Shown here one piece after another: positions 38,507-48,666 of a stretch of DNA of 64,000 bases. The notes beneath the pieces are model-generated. The model was given only the letters and a program-made list of their open reading frames with translations. It searched no databases and was not told where the DNA came from. This DNA is from an archaeon (GTDB lineage Archaea > Nanobdellota > Nanobdellia > Woesearchaeales > UBA9642): the NCBI GenBank assembly GCA_043806035.1, contig JAZDHK010000023.1, positions 1-64,000 on the forward strand. Direction: 5' to 3'. Numbering within the stretch: position 1 is the first letter of the stretch; each line of letters begins with the position of its first letter. Made by a program: the position numbers and the translations under genes.

Positions 38507-39021
38507 AAACTGAAGTGACACTGGAACGATTGGAAGAATTCACTACAGCTCTTGAACGAGGCAATGTGCCCTATGTGGTTATCGCAGGATTTGGTCTCGA
38601 TGGAAAAAGAGGGCTGCAAACCAGACCACATCAGGATCTTGATGTACTTTGCTTAAAGAAAGACAAGGACAAAGTGGATACGATACTTTCTTCTCTCAGA
38701 TATGCAGGTCCACTCATGAATGATACCTATAAACTGAAACGTTCAGACGGGAGCAAAATAGATCTCACCTTTCTTACTGAAGAAGGAGACGACCTTATTT
38801 CCTACGGGAAGACACACATAACTCGTTTTCCAAGACAGATGTTTTCTCCACAGAAAGCACATATTGGAACGGTATCGTTCAGTATCGCACCAAATGAACT
38901 GCTCTATGTGTGGGGAAGAGACTGTCCGAAAGGGGATGATGCGAACTATGCAAAAACGTTACCCATTGATGAACAAATCGTGAGTCGTATCAGTAGACAA
39001 AAGCAAGATCATCCTTTATAG
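38503..39021 (+). CDS. Nucleotidyltransferase, ANT(2'')/Lnu(A)-like
   Basis: AGFGLDG..G.QTRPHQDLD, IDL. Confidence 0.75.
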   Translation: MKTEVTLERLEEFTTALERGNVPYVVIAGFGLDGKRGLQTRPHQDLDVLCLKKDKDKVDTILSSLRYAGPLMNDTYKLKRSDGSKIDLTFLTEEGDDLISYGKTHITRFPRQMFSPQKAHIGTVSFSIAPNELLYVWGRDCPKGDDANYAKTLPIDEQIVSRISRQKQDHPL

Positions 39022-40127
39022 ATGAACTCCTCCACGTGCTTTCTCGCCCATTCTCTTTTCTTCTGGTGTTCTGCCAAGAATGCGTTGAGCTTGTCGATGA
39101 GGATATTCTTGAGCTCGCCGGAAAGCAATTTTCCCGAGCGATAGTCGTCATGGATTTCCTTGAGTTTTGCATCATCCTCTTCAAAGAAGCGCAGCCACTG
39201 ATACGCAACATCAACGTCAGGATCACCGCCATGTTTTCTGTGTTCCTCGATCGTCTCCTTCCCCCCCGAGAATGCGTACTTGTTGACCTTCTTCTTCACC
39301 TGTTCTGGAGAATCTGTAGTCCAGATGGCAGTGTTCGGGTCGGAGGCGGACATCTTGCCGTCAACCTCCATGCCGCCAAGGCCTGGCAAGAACACACCGT
39401 GCAGGATGGCCGGCTTGTAATAGCCCAGCTTGGGGAAGACATCCCTGCTCACTCTGAAGTGCGCATCCTGGTCAATGCCCAACGGGATGAGGCAGGGGAT
39501 GTTCTTCTTCTTGATGATGCTTGGCAGGATTGCGGGCACGGCCTGCATCGCCGTATAGAATATTTGGCCGATGTTCCTCTCGTTCGTGAAGCCGAAACTC
39601 GCCTTGACCGTGCTGAACGTTATCTTCTTCGCAATCTCGCATGCAGGCGCATATAGCAGTCCCGCATGTTTCGTGTCGATGAGGAAATGCGTCTTTTTTG
39701 GATTGAAGCCAAGAGCGATGATGTCCAGCATGTTCTCCTGAGTCCACTTTGCCGTATCCTGCAGCGTCAGCTCTTGCTTGAACAGGAATTTTTCCTCATC
39801 AGGGAATTGGAACCATAAGTCTACATCGAACTTGTCCTGCAGCCATTTCGTGAAGAGCCAAGGCACGAGATGCCCGACGTGAATCGGCCCGGAAGGTGCT
39901 CTGCCCGTATAGAGAAAAAACTGCTCTCCTTTGTCATACTGGTCGAGCAGCCAATGCATGTCTCGGTGTGAGAAAAAGATGCCCCTTCTCAAGAAAGGAT
40001 GGAGATCTCCTGCATGCTTCTCTATCCTGTGCAGGAGCTTCTGGTCTATCTTCTGCGTGCCGAATTCTGTGATGAGCTTGTCATAATCGATGCTGCCCTT
40101 GACTTCCCAAGGCGTGATTGTGGTCAT
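39009..40127 (-). CDS. trpS: Tryptophan--tRNA ligase (archaeal/eukaryal type)
   Basis: TPWEV, YTGRAPS, HVGH, GIDQD, KMSAS, AFSGG. Confidence 0.96.
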   Translation of the reverse strand: MTTITPWEVKGSIDYDKLITEFGTQKIDQKLLHRIEKHAGDLHPFLRRGIFFSHRDMHWLLDQYDKGEQFFLYTGRAPSGPIHVGHLVPWLFTKWLQDKFDVDLWFQFPDEEKFLFKQELTLQDTAKWTQENMLDIIALGFNPKKTHFLIDTKHAGLLYAPACEIAKKITFSTVKASFGFTNERNIGQIFYTAMQAVPAILPSIIKKKNIPCLIPLGIDQDAHFRVSRDVFPKLGYYKPAILHGVFLPGLGGMEVDGKMSASDPNTAIWTTDSPEQVKKKVNKYAFSGGKETIEEHRKHGGDPDVDVAYQWLRFFEEDDAKLKEIHDDYRSGKLLSGELKNILIDKLNAFLAEHQKKREWARKHVEEFIYKG

Positions 40128-40336
40128 GGCGCATCAGCGGAACTTGCGATTAATAAATATTGTGCAAATGCGAAGAAATCACTTGTCTCTCTGTTTTTAC
40201 CCTTCTACGTGTTTTCTGTAGAACGTGTCATACATGCTGCAGAGGGGAGTCTATTGGTTCCGTGCGCTAAACCAAAAAATTATTAAACGTGTTATCATTG
40301 TTGGGAGAATACTTTTTGGCTGTCGGGGTGGTGGTT

Positions 40337-41311
40337 GTGAAATTGGGTGATTATGCAATCCTTGTGTGTTTTGTGCTTTTGTGTTGTGTTCTGTCATTGC
40401 CCACGATTGGTGCTCTTGAGCAATCACGGAGTGATGTGTCTACTGACAGGATAACCTCTCCGCTTGATGACATAACCATTACTTCCTGCAATACACACGT
40501 ATATGAGAATGGCACACGGATACTTCTTGAACAGGATATCTATTGTCAAGAGAATGAAGATGGGATTGTTCTCCATGTGGCTTCGTTTCAGATAGATTGT
40601 CAGAATCACCGAATTGTCGGCAGAAGCCTGACCGGTGGTAGAACGAATGCAGGCATTCGCTTGCCTATAGACGGATCATTTATTGATGAGAGCAGGATTG
40701 ACAACTGTGTAATTGAGGGATTTGTTGGTGGTATATGGAAATCACCAGGACTAGATGAGTCACCAATGAACGTCATATTGCACAATAACACCTTGTTCAA
40801 TAATAGTGTTGGCATATATGTTGACAGATACAGGGGAGGCATAACCCTCAGTAATAATACTGTGGTAAATAATATCTATGGGATTAATTGTGCGAACTCA
40901 ATATTACGTGGAAATCGTATTCAAGGAAACACAGCAATCGGCGTTTTAAACCGTGATGGAGATAGTACTTTTCAGGACAATAGAATACATGGTAATGGGA
41001 TCGGAATTGAAAGCTGGCCAGATGTTGCCCTGCAAAATAATTCTGTGCAAGGTAATGGGATAGGATTATTTGTACATGGTGAACCATCTACCAAAACTCC
41101 GCTCTCCATATCGAACAATCTTTTTTGTCACAATAGCGATGTTGACGTGTATTATGCTCATCCATTATCATTCTCTGGTTTTTTTGAGGATAACTATTGT
41201 GATATTCTTCGTTTATCTCTCGATCCGAGAGAGAATGTGATTAGGAAATTTAGTTGTATCCCTTGTGAACAAAGGCAGAATACGGAAAGCAAAGGTCACG
41301 AGCTGACGTAA
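40337..41311 (+). CDS. Secreted right-handed parallel beta-helix (NosD/CASH-like) protein; start uncertain
   Basis: Signal peptide, IDCQNHRIVG, repeated NN.I..N..GI. Confidence 0.8.
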   Translation: MKLGDYAILVCFVLLCCVLSLPTIGALEQSRSDVSTDRITSPLDDITITSCNTHVYENGTRILLEQDIYCQENEDGIVLHVASFQIDCQNHRIVGRSLTGGRTNAGIRLPIDGSFIDESRIDNCVIEGFVGGIWKSPGLDESPMNVILHNNTLFNNSVGIYVDRYRGGITLSNNTVVNNIYGINCANSILRGNRIQGNTAIGVLNRDGDSTFQDNRIHGNGIGIESWPDVALQNNSVQGNGIGLFVHGEPSTKTPLSISNNLFCHNSDVDVYYAHPLSFSGFFEDNYCDILRLSLDPRENVIRKFSCIPCEQRQNTESKGHELT

Positions 41312-41345
41312 CAACGTTTATAAATGCCTTGTGGTGTTGTGAACT

Positions 41346-42119
41346 GTGTTATCTCGTAATCTGGAAAAAGCAAGAGAAGCATTTTTGCATCAGGACAAAT
41401 TATCTTCCCGCCTTGCGCACGAGCAGAAATCGTCAGAGCCGCACAAGCTGCAAGGCAAATATCTCAAGAGCGCAGTGTACGGTGGCATGGATGGCATCAT
41501 CACTACCTTTGCAGTCGTTGCGGGCGTGGGAGGTGCTGCGCTGTCCTCCAGCATTGTGCTCATTCTCGGCTTTGTCAATCTTATCGCTGACGGCCTGAGC
41601 ATGGCCATAGGTGATTATCTCAGTACAAAATCAGAGCGCGAATATCAGAAGGCAGAACGCACGCGAGAAGCATGGGAATTAGACAATTATCCTCAAGGAG
41701 AACGCAAGGAGATGGTGGAAATCTATATGCGGAAAGGCGTAAGCAAAAAAGATGCAGAGCTTGCTGTCAAAGCATTGTCCAAGAACAGAGATGCGTTTAT
41801 CAACATCATGATGGTGGAAGAGCTTGGCATCATCGAAGAGGACACGAGTCCTGTGAAGAATGCGCTCGTCACCTTCCTGAGCTTTGCCGTCTTCGGATTC
41901 GTCCCCTTATTTGCCTTTGTTTTTTCATCCCTCTTCCCCTTGCACGAGTTCCTTGCCGCAATCATACTGACTGGAGCAACCCTTTTTGCGTTGGGCGCAT
42001 TGCGGACAAACTTCACGGGAAGAAACTGGCTGCTCTCGGGAACGGAAATGCTCGTCGTTGGAGGGATAGCTGCTGGAGCTGCCTATCTGATGGGTGTGTT
42101 GCTTGGCGGCCTAGTCTAG
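41346..42119 (+). CDS. VIT1/CCC1 family Fe/Mn transporter
   Basis: VYGGMDGIITTFAVV, ADGLSMAIGDYLS, EELG. Confidence 0.92.
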   Translation: MLSRNLEKAREAFLHQDKLSSRLAHEQKSSEPHKLQGKYLKSAVYGGMDGIITTFAVVAGVGGAALSSSIVLILGFVNLIADGLSMAIGDYLSTKSEREYQKAERTREAWELDNYPQGERKEMVEIYMRKGVSKKDAELAVKALSKNRDAFINIMMVEELGIIEEDTSPVKNALVTFLSFAVFGFVPLFAFVFSSLFPLHEFLAAIILTGATLFALGALRTNFTGRNWLLSGTEMLVVGGIAAGAAYLMGVLLGGLV

Positions 42120-42509
42120 CTTGAAGAGTTCGATGCATTCTGTATTCGGCTTGAGCATGCTTTCCGGCTGTTTTTCATACTGGACTGCAAGGTATTCGTT
42201 GATGAGCGGTCTGATCTCTTCAAGCACTGCTTTCTTGCAATCTTGGAGATTGAACGCTGGTTTGTTCTTTCCTTTTTTCTTCCTGCCTGGCTCTGCATGA
42301 GGGACGGCAATGACTGTGTTGTTTGCAATTGTCACCACGTATCCTGAACGTTCATACCTTCTGCTGTTCCTGTGCATCAAGTGACAATGGAATCCGAAGC
42401 CGTGATTTTCTCTTCGATCAAGATAATATTGTGGTGCGTGATATTCGCCCGAAGGAACGCTGCCATGGACGTGTACGATGTCATAGTCATTAAGAATGTT
42501 GTCAGCCAT
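42111..42509 (-). CDS. Hypothetical protein
   Basis: ORF downstream of the MBL RNase. No motif recognised. Confidence 0.6.
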   Translation of the reverse strand: MADNILNDYDIVHVHGSVPSGEYHAPQYYLDRRENHGFGFHCHLMHRNSRRYERSGYVVTIANNTVIAVPHAEPGRKKKGKNKPAFNLQDCKKAVLEEIRPLINEYLAVQYEKQPESMLKPNTECIELFKLD

Positions 42510-42547
42510 GTTGGCTTATAGCGGCAAGTCTATATTATTCTTTTGGT

Positions 42548-44011
42548 TTAGATTTCGTACTTGACGCCTTTCTTCATGACGATGACCGTCTCTGGAGCAT
42601 AGCCTGCCTCGATGATGCTGTCTCTAAGAGCGTAGCATGCTTCTTTCTCACCGTGCTTGATGAAGATTCCCTTGAACTGCTTCCCTTGCCCTGGAGGGTG
42701 GATATGCTTGAGATGCGCGATGATTTCATCTTTGTCAGCATGTCCGGAAAGGCCACCCATCTTTCGCACTTCTGCGTTGTTCTCGATCATTTCGCCATCG
42801 AAATAGATTTCTTTTGCTCCTCTCTTCAATGCATCTGCTCTCGTCCCAGGACTTGCGTAGCCCGTTAGGAGAACCATGGTTGTCGGATTAGAGATGGTCT
42901 TTGCGAGAATAGGAACTACTCTTCCCATCTCGCACATGCCTGAGCTTGCGATGATGGCATACGGTGGTTGCGCATTGTCCAGCACTTCATAAGTCTCTGC
43001 CATTTTCTTGTGGTGAATGAGCCCGGGGAATTCGAAAGGATTATTGTTCTTTCTTTCGAATTCTTCGAGTGCACGCTCATCGAGATCTTTTATGTGTTTC
43101 AGAATGATCCTGCTGACTGTGTTTGCTGTGGGGCTGCTGCTATAGATGGGCATCTCAGGTAGTCGTCCTTCCTCGTGCAGCCGGTAGAGAAAATTCCACA
43201 GCATGTGTGTTCGCATGATGCTAAATGCGGGGATGATGAGCCTGCCTTTCTGATCGTACGTGTCCTGCACTGCTTTCTCCAATGTGGAGATGGACTCCTC
43301 AAGGGGTCCGTGCACTCTGTTGCCGTACGTGCTTTCGATGACGATATAATCGATGTCGCCAGGAAATTCTGTTTCGGGATAGCGAACGAGCGGAATGTCA
43401 GCAACAGGATGTCCTAATATCTTGTAGTCCGTCCTGCCAAGATCGAATGAGGTAAGCAGTTTTTTTGGTCCTTCTTTTGTGTCAATGGTGAAGAGGATCT
43501 GTGCGCTGCCCGGGATGTGTCCTGCATCATAGAATGTTGCTGTTGCATTGGGAAGTTGGAATTGTTCATGGTAGTCGTGTTGGAGCACTTGTGCCATGGT
43601 CTTGTTGACATCATCAGTGGTGTATTCTGCCTTTTTGAAAGGAACATATTCTCCTTTTTTCGGGCCGAATTGTATTCTCTTGCCTCTGATGGACTTGTTG
43701 TACATATAGACAGAGCCCACGTCTTGCTTGAGCTGCATTTCGGTGATGTCGTATGTCTCTGGAGTGGCATGGATGGGACCGTCAAAGGCTCTGTTGAGAT
43801 TCATGAGCTCTCCTATGTGGTCTAAATGGCCGTGCGTTAAGACTACTGCGTCGATGCTTTTCGGGTTGAATGGCAGCATCTTTGTTTCGTGAGAATAATC
43901 CTTGCCCATATCGATCAGAATGTTCTTTCCGTCAACACAAAGCAGCAGTTTGCTGCCGGGAACGGTCTCTGCCGCGCCGTATTCCGCTATAGTGACTTCC
44001 GGGCCTTTCAT
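42548..44011 (-). CDS. MBL-fold beta-CASP RNase (no KH domain)
   Basis: THGHLDH, AGHIPGS, ESTYG, SSGMCE.GR, SGHAD, HGE. Confidence 0.92.
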   Translation of the reverse strand: MKGPEVTIAEYGAAETVPGSKLLLCVDGKNILIDMGKDYSHETKMLPFNPKSIDAVVLTHGHLDHIGELMNLNRAFDGPIHATPETYDITEMQLKQDVGSVYMYNKSIRGKRIQFGPKKGEYVPFKKAEYTTDDVNKTMAQVLQHDYHEQFQLPNATATFYDAGHIPGSAQILFTIDTKEGPKKLLTSFDLGRTDYKILGHPVADIPLVRYPETEFPGDIDYIVIESTYGNRVHGPLEESISTLEKAVQDTYDQKGRLIIPAFSIMRTHMLWNFLYRLHEEGRLPEMPIYSSSPTANTVSRIILKHIKDLDERALEEFERKNNNPFEFPGLIHHKKMAETYEVLDNAQPPYAIIASSGMCEMGRVVPILAKTISNPTTMVLLTGYASPGTRADALKRGAKEIYFDGEMIENNAEVRKMGGLSGHADKDEIIAHLKHIHPPGQGKQFKGIFIKHGEKEACYALRDSIIEAGYAPETVIVMKKGVKYEI

Positions 44012-44110
44012 ATGTATAACGAATGCACGTTCCTTTTTAAAGCTTTCTAATTGTAACTACTGATTAGTTAATATTTTATCGAGGTGTGTGCTGTGTACAC
44101 GATATTCTGT

Positions 44111-44135
44111 AAAGAAAAAAGGAGGCTCTTCCTCC
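44111..44135 (-). terminator. Hairpin plus U-tract terminator
   Basis: Minus strand GGAGG-AAGAG-CCTCC-TTTTTTCTTT, immediately after the stop at 44136. Confidence 0.6.
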
Positions 44136-44315
44136 TCACCTCTTTTCTCGGAAGGTATTTTGCTCTTGCTGATACCAGCCAGCATAATATTCCTCATAGC
44201 CAAAATCAAAGCCAGTAAATTCTTTGGTAGCTTGTGGCTGAGGTAGGTAGTCTAGTGTGTGTTCTTCTTTCTCAGATGACTGTCGTTCGGGAGGTTGTTG
44301 TGCTGTGTTGTCCAT
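44136..44315 (-). CDS. Putative 59-aa acidic/aromatic protein downstream of tfb (absent from the ORF track)
   Basis: MDNTAQQPPERQSSEKEEHTLDYLPQPQATKEFTGFDFGYEEYYAGWYQQEQNTFREKR. ATG 4 nt after the tfb stop; followed by a terminator. Confidence 0.55.
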   Translation of the reverse strand: MDNTAQQPPERQSSEKEEHTLDYLPQPQATKEFTGFDFGYEEYYAGWYQQEQNTFREKR

Positions 44316-44319
44316 GTGA

Positions 44320-45243
44320 TCACTTCTTCTTCTTTTTCGCTTTCTTGATTTCTTTTTCCAAGTTCAGCTTGTCCAGAAGTTCTTTGTACCTGTTTCTGAT
44401 CGTGACTTCAGTAACGCCGGCGACATCAGCGACCTCTCGTTGCGTTCGTTTCTCGCCGTTGATCAGAGCGGCGACGTACAGGCCTGCTGCGGCAATGCCT
44501 GTAGGCCCTCTGCCTGATGTCAGCTCGATCTTCTGTGCTGTTTCGATGATCTCCACAGACTTCGATTGTGTCTCAGCGCTCAAGTTCAGCGCAGAAGCGA
44601 ATCGTGCTATATAGTCGCTCGGATTGCTCGGAAGGATGGTGATACCTAGCTCTCTAGTAATAAATCGGTACGTCCTGCCTATCTCTTTCTTCTCGATGCC
44701 TGATGCTTCGTTGAACTCATCAAGCGTTCGGGGCACTTCATGACGCCTGCACGCAGCATACAATGCCCCTGCGACGACACTTTCCATGCTCCTGCCACGA
44801 ACGAGCCCTTTCTGCACGGCAAGCGTGTAGATGCGCGAGGCTTCTTCCTCGACACTAGAAGGTAATTTGAGATAAGAGGAGACTCTCTTGAGCTCAGCCA
44901 AGGCCAATTTGAGGTTCCTTTCGATGGCAGTGTTGATTCGGTGCTGCCACTTCCTGAGCCTGAAGAATTTGCTCTTGTTCGCTCCACCTAATTGGTAGAG
45001 GTCTGACTTCTTGCCAACGTCTGTACCTAGTCCTTGGTCGAACTGCGTGTACGTCATGGGCGCGCCGGTCCTTCGCTTCCGGGCAGCAGCTTCTGAGTCG
45101 AATTCTCGCCATTCCTGGTCGAAATCGACCATTTTCTCTTCAACGACGAGTCCGCACTCTCTGCAGGTGATTTCTCCTCTATCTTTGTTCCAAAGCAGAT
45201 TGATACTTCCGCATTCTGGGCATTTCTTGACAAATTGTGCCAT
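44320..45243 (-). CDS. tfb: Transcription initiation factor IIB
   Basis: CPECG..CRECG ribbon, EWR.F, RGRS, PRTLDE, GRGP, TQREVA..VTEVTIRNRY. Confidence 0.97.
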   Translation of the reverse strand: MAQFVKKCPECGSINLLWNKDRGEITCRECGLVVEEKMVDFDQEWREFDSEAAARKRRTGAPMTYTQFDQGLGTDVGKKSDLYQLGGANKSKFFRLRKWQHRINTAIERNLKLALAELKRVSSYLKLPSSVEEEASRIYTLAVQKGLVRGRSMESVVAGALYAACRRHEVPRTLDEFNEASGIEKKEIGRTYRFITRELGITILPSNPSDYIARFASALNLSAETQSKSVEIIETAQKIELTSGRGPTGIAAAGLYVAALINGEKRTQREVADVAGVTEVTIRNRYKELLDKLNLEKEIKKAKKKKK

Positions 45244-45456
45244 GCTTTTACCCCCAACATGAACAATTATGCTATTAGTTATGTTCCAGCACAACTAATT
45301 TTATAAAGGAAATCCGCTTTTACTATATAAACCTTTCGGTTTTTTACAATAGATTTTTAAAACTTGCGCCTATTTCGTAACCACAACAAAGTGATACTTG
45401 TGTTTTGTTTTTTTTGTTTAGGTAGATTTTTATATCAGCTGCATTCCAGCAAAGCT

Positions 45457-46140
45457 ATGGCAAAACTTGTTTTGGTACGGCACGGCCAAAGCGTATGGAA
45501 CCTCGCCCCGAACTTTACAGGATGGGTTGATGTACTCTTGACTCCACAAGGAAGAGCAGAAGCAGAAGCTGCAGGAAAGGCACTCGTCAAAACAAACCTG
45601 ACTTTTGATGCTATCTTCACCTCGACATTGATACGTGCACATGAGACCTTGCTGCATCTTCTCTATCAGCTGCACCTAGAGAAGACACTCATCTTTCATT
45701 CGGAATATCCTGATCTGGAGCAATGGGCACATCATGCTGCCAAGGAAAGCATCCTTCCTGTCTTCAAGGCAAAAGCGCTGAATGAACGCTACTATGGCGA
45801 CCTCCAAGGATTAAACAAGAATGAAACTATCGCAAAATATGGCGCGCAACAAGTACACATCTGGAGAAGAAGCTACAGCACTCCGCCTCCGAATGGAGAA
45901 AACCTTAAGGAAACGTGTGCCAGAGCCATTCCCTACTATCAAGAGCGTATCCTGCCATTGCTTAACCAGGACAAGAACGTCCTCGTCGTAGCGCATGGTA
46001 ATTCCTTGCGGGGCATCATCATGTATCTCGAGAACATTTCCGAGACAGATGTTTCCAACCTAGAAATTCCGTTAGGCGTTCCTATCGTTTATGAGATAGT
46101 TCAGGGAAAGATACTAAATAAAAGTATATTGGAAACGTGA
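45457..46140 (+). CDS. gpmA: 2,3-BPG-dependent phosphoglycerate mutase
   Basis: LVRHGQSVWN, FTGWVD, LNERYYGDLQG, WRRSY, AHGNSLR. Confidence 0.95.
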   Translation: MAKLVLVRHGQSVWNLAPNFTGWVDVLLTPQGRAEAEAAGKALVKTNLTFDAIFTSTLIRAHETLLHLLYQLHLEKTLIFHSEYPDLEQWAHHAAKESILPVFKAKALNERYYGDLQGLNKNETIAKYGAQQVHIWRRSYSTPPPNGENLKETCARAIPYYQERILPLLNQDKNVLVVAHGNSLRGIIMYLENISETDVSNLEIPLGVPIVYEIVQGKILNKSILET

Positions 46141-46162
46141 TGCTTTTCAGTGATTCTGCTCC

Positions 46163-46825
46163 TCAAATTCTCTTGTACTTGAAATAATTATCGACGTCGT
46201 CTTTGCTTAATTCTATGGTTTTGGGAGCTGTTCGCGCACGTTTTGTGCTTGCGGGCTTTCTTTTTGTATAGCCGCTTTTTCGTAGCTGCATGAGCAGGAA
46301 GTAGCCGTAGCCAAGACCTATCGCAAGCCCTGCAAGATGCGCGATGTTCGCAATGCCTGAAGGAACGAAGATGCCGAAGATGTCGATTGCGGCAAAGATG
46401 ATCCCTGCAATCCTGAGCGACATGGGGATGAAGAACAAGAAGAGAACGGGGAGGTCGGGCATGAGGATGATGGTTATGCCAAGGATGCCCATGATGGCGC
46501 CGCTCGCTCCCAACACTGCGTTGTAGAAGAAGACGCTAACAATGGACGCAAAAAGCCCTGCGGCAAAATAGCCGACTAGGAATCTCCTCGTGCCTATCCT
46601 GCGCTCCACTAATGATCCGAACATGAGCAGCGCATACATGTTGAAGAGCAAATGCATAAGGTCGGCGTGCAGGAACATGCTCGTCACGAGAATCCACGGC
46701 CGGGCAAGGACGTCTGAAGAGACGAGCACGAACGTTTGCGTGAAGCCTTTGAACAGCTGCTGGATGATGAACACGAGTATGTTGATAAGCAGTAGCGGCA
46801 CGACGGCATTTCTCAATAATCTCAT
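46163..46825 (-). CDS. Rhomboid intramembrane serine protease
   Basis: TSMFLH..HLLFNM, GASG, AHLAG. Confidence 0.93.
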   Translation of the reverse strand: MRLLRNAVVPLLLINILVFIIQQLFKGFTQTFVLVSSDVLARPWILVTSMFLHADLMHLLFNMYALLMFGSLVERRIGTRRFLVGYFAAGLFASIVSVFFYNAVLGASGAIMGILGITIILMPDLPVLFLFFIPMSLRIAGIIFAAIDIFGIFVPSGIANIAHLAGLAIGLGYGYFLLMQLRKSGYTKRKPASTKRARTAPKTIELSKDDVDNYFKYKRI

Positions 46826-47053
46826 GTCTGCGAGAGCGGGGTGATGGCTTAAAAGCGTTTCGGTCATCATGGGCTCCGTACTCAATCTCTTTTGCATCCC
46901 GCTCCGCACAGAAGAGCATGCAGATGCACGCATACGAGTCGGCACGTAACGGAATTGTTTGTTGATTGCTTCGCTCGGGGATGCACGAGACTCTGAGGAT
47001 GGAGCAGGTCATCGTGACGAAACATAACGCTTATAAAAGCGTACGTTCAAGAA

Positions 47054-47617
47054 GTGGTCGTGTTCAACCTCAAGAACCTCGATGAGCATCTGGACAGCAA
47101 CGAAAAGGTGCTGCTCTTTTTTAGGCCGTCACGAAGAGCGTACCTGCTGCAGTATGCGCTCATCATTCTGCTGATACTGCTCTGTCTTTTCTTGCTCTCT
47201 TCCTCTTTCTTCTTGAGACTGAGCATGCTGCTGCGCTACGCATCCTTCGTCATTTTCATCGTCTGCATCGTCCTGCTCGTACGAGTTGAGTACCGTATCT
47301 GGTCGAGACGCTACGCATTGAGCTCTGATCGTTTGCTCTACAGCAGAGGCATTTTTTCCGAGACGTTCATGAGCGCGAGCTATGCGTTCATCACGGACAT
47401 TCGTTTCCGTCAGAGCTTTTGGGACAAGCTCATGAATACGGGAACTATTGCGGTAGATACTGCGGGGACGGACAGGATAGAGATACGCTACAGAAAAGTC
47501 AACAACCCGCTGGAAGTCAAGCGGATGATCAATGACTTGCAGGGACAAAACATAAAAACAGCTTCTCCCTTACAAAAGCGTGCACAAGGCAATTCTCTAC
47601 GAAAAGAAAGAGCATGA
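47054..47617 (+). CDS. Membrane protein with bacterial PH (bPH_2) domain
   Basis: Two TM helices, RY.LS.DRL...GIF, QSFWDKLMNTGTI.VDTAG. Confidence 0.8.
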   Translation: MVVFNLKNLDEHLDSNEKVLLFFRPSRRAYLLQYALIILLILLCLFLLSSSFFLRLSMLLRYASFVIFIVCIVLLVRVEYRIWSRRYALSSDRLLYSRGIFSETFMSASYAFITDIRFRQSFWDKLMNTGTIAVDTAGTDRIEIRYRKVNNPLEVKRMINDLQGQNIKTASPLQKRAQGNSLRKERA

Positions 47618-48614
47618 TCTCGTCCGCTGCACGGCCTGCCAGAATTACTGCGTTATTGCGAAGGACACGAGCGGCGTTTGCGGCGTGCGGAGGAACATTG
47701 ATGGTGATCTCTGCTTGCTCGTGTATGGGCAAGCAAGCGCTGCAAATGTTGATCCTATTGAGAAAAAGCCGCTCTACCACGTCCTGCCTGGAGAATCTGT
47801 CTTTACGATAGGGACTGTTGGCTGTAATTTCTCCTGCCAGTTCTGCCAGAATTGGGATATTAGCCAGGTGACAAAAGGATTACGGAAAAAGCCACTCGAG
47901 CACACTAAAGAGCTACTCGCTTACGGTTACAAGCTCTCCCCTCAGGACATCATTGACATCTGCAAAAAACAGCGCATCCCTGCAGTCGCTTTCAGCTACA
48001 ATGAGCCTGCAATCTTTTTCGAGTACGCGTATGACACGATGCTGCTTGCCAAGAAGGAGGGCATCAAGACCGTTTTTGTCAGTAATGGGTATGCGAGCAA
48101 TGAGTCCTTGGACAAGCTTGCAGGACTTCTCGATGCAATCAATATAGACCTGAAGAGTTTCAAAGACGAATTCTACAGGAAGCATTCGCAGGCACGCCTG
48201 CAACCCGTGCTGGACACGATCAAACGATGCCACGACCTCGGCATCTGGGTAGAAGTGACGACGCTCTTCATTCCCGGAGAGAATGATGCTGGTCAAGAGA
48301 TGCGTGACATCATAACGTTCATTGCAGGCATCGATGTCAACATCCCTTGGCACATCTCCGCGTTCCACCCTTCGTACAAGATGCTTGACAAGCAACCGAC
48401 ACCTCACGAAACCCTGAAGAGAGCGTATCATTTGGGCAGGGAGAAGCTGCATTTCGTCTATGTGGGAAATGTGCACGATCCAGAACGGAGTGCCACGTAT
48501 TGTCCACATTGCGAGAAGAAGGTCATTGAGCGGCACGGCAGTGCAGTGCACAATAGTTTGAGTAAGCAGGCATGCCCGTTCTGCAACACGGCCATTCCCG
48601 GAATTTTCAAATAG
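47580..48614 (+). CDS. amrS: AmmeMemoRadiSam system radical SAM enzyme
   Basis: DPIEKKPLYH, CNFSCQFCQN, YNEP, AFHP, YVGN. Confidence 0.94.
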   Translation: MHKAILYEKKEHDLVRCTACQNYCVIAKDTSGVCGVRRNIDGDLCLLVYGQASAANVDPIEKKPLYHVLPGESVFTIGTVGCNFSCQFCQNWDISQVTKGLRKKPLEHTKELLAYGYKLSPQDIIDICKKQRIPAVAFSYNEPAIFFEYAYDTMLLAKKEGIKTVFVSNGYASNESLDKLAGLLDAINIDLKSFKDEFYRKHSQARLQPVLDTIKRCHDLGIWVEVTTLFIPGENDAGQEMRDIITFIAGIDVNIPWHISAFHPSYKMLDKQPTPHETLKRAYHLGREKLHFVYVGNVHDPERSATYCPHCEKKVIERHGSAVHNSLSKQACPFCNTAIPGIFK

Positions 48615-48666
48615 AATCACTTTTAAGTAGTAAAATTTATAAATTGGGTGTGTTTTGTTCTGCAGC

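Noticed and set aside
46860-47030. ~170-bp gap between the rhomboid and PH-domain genes as a possible ncRNA or small ORF
   Set aside because: No convincing fold, motif or well-initiated ORF.
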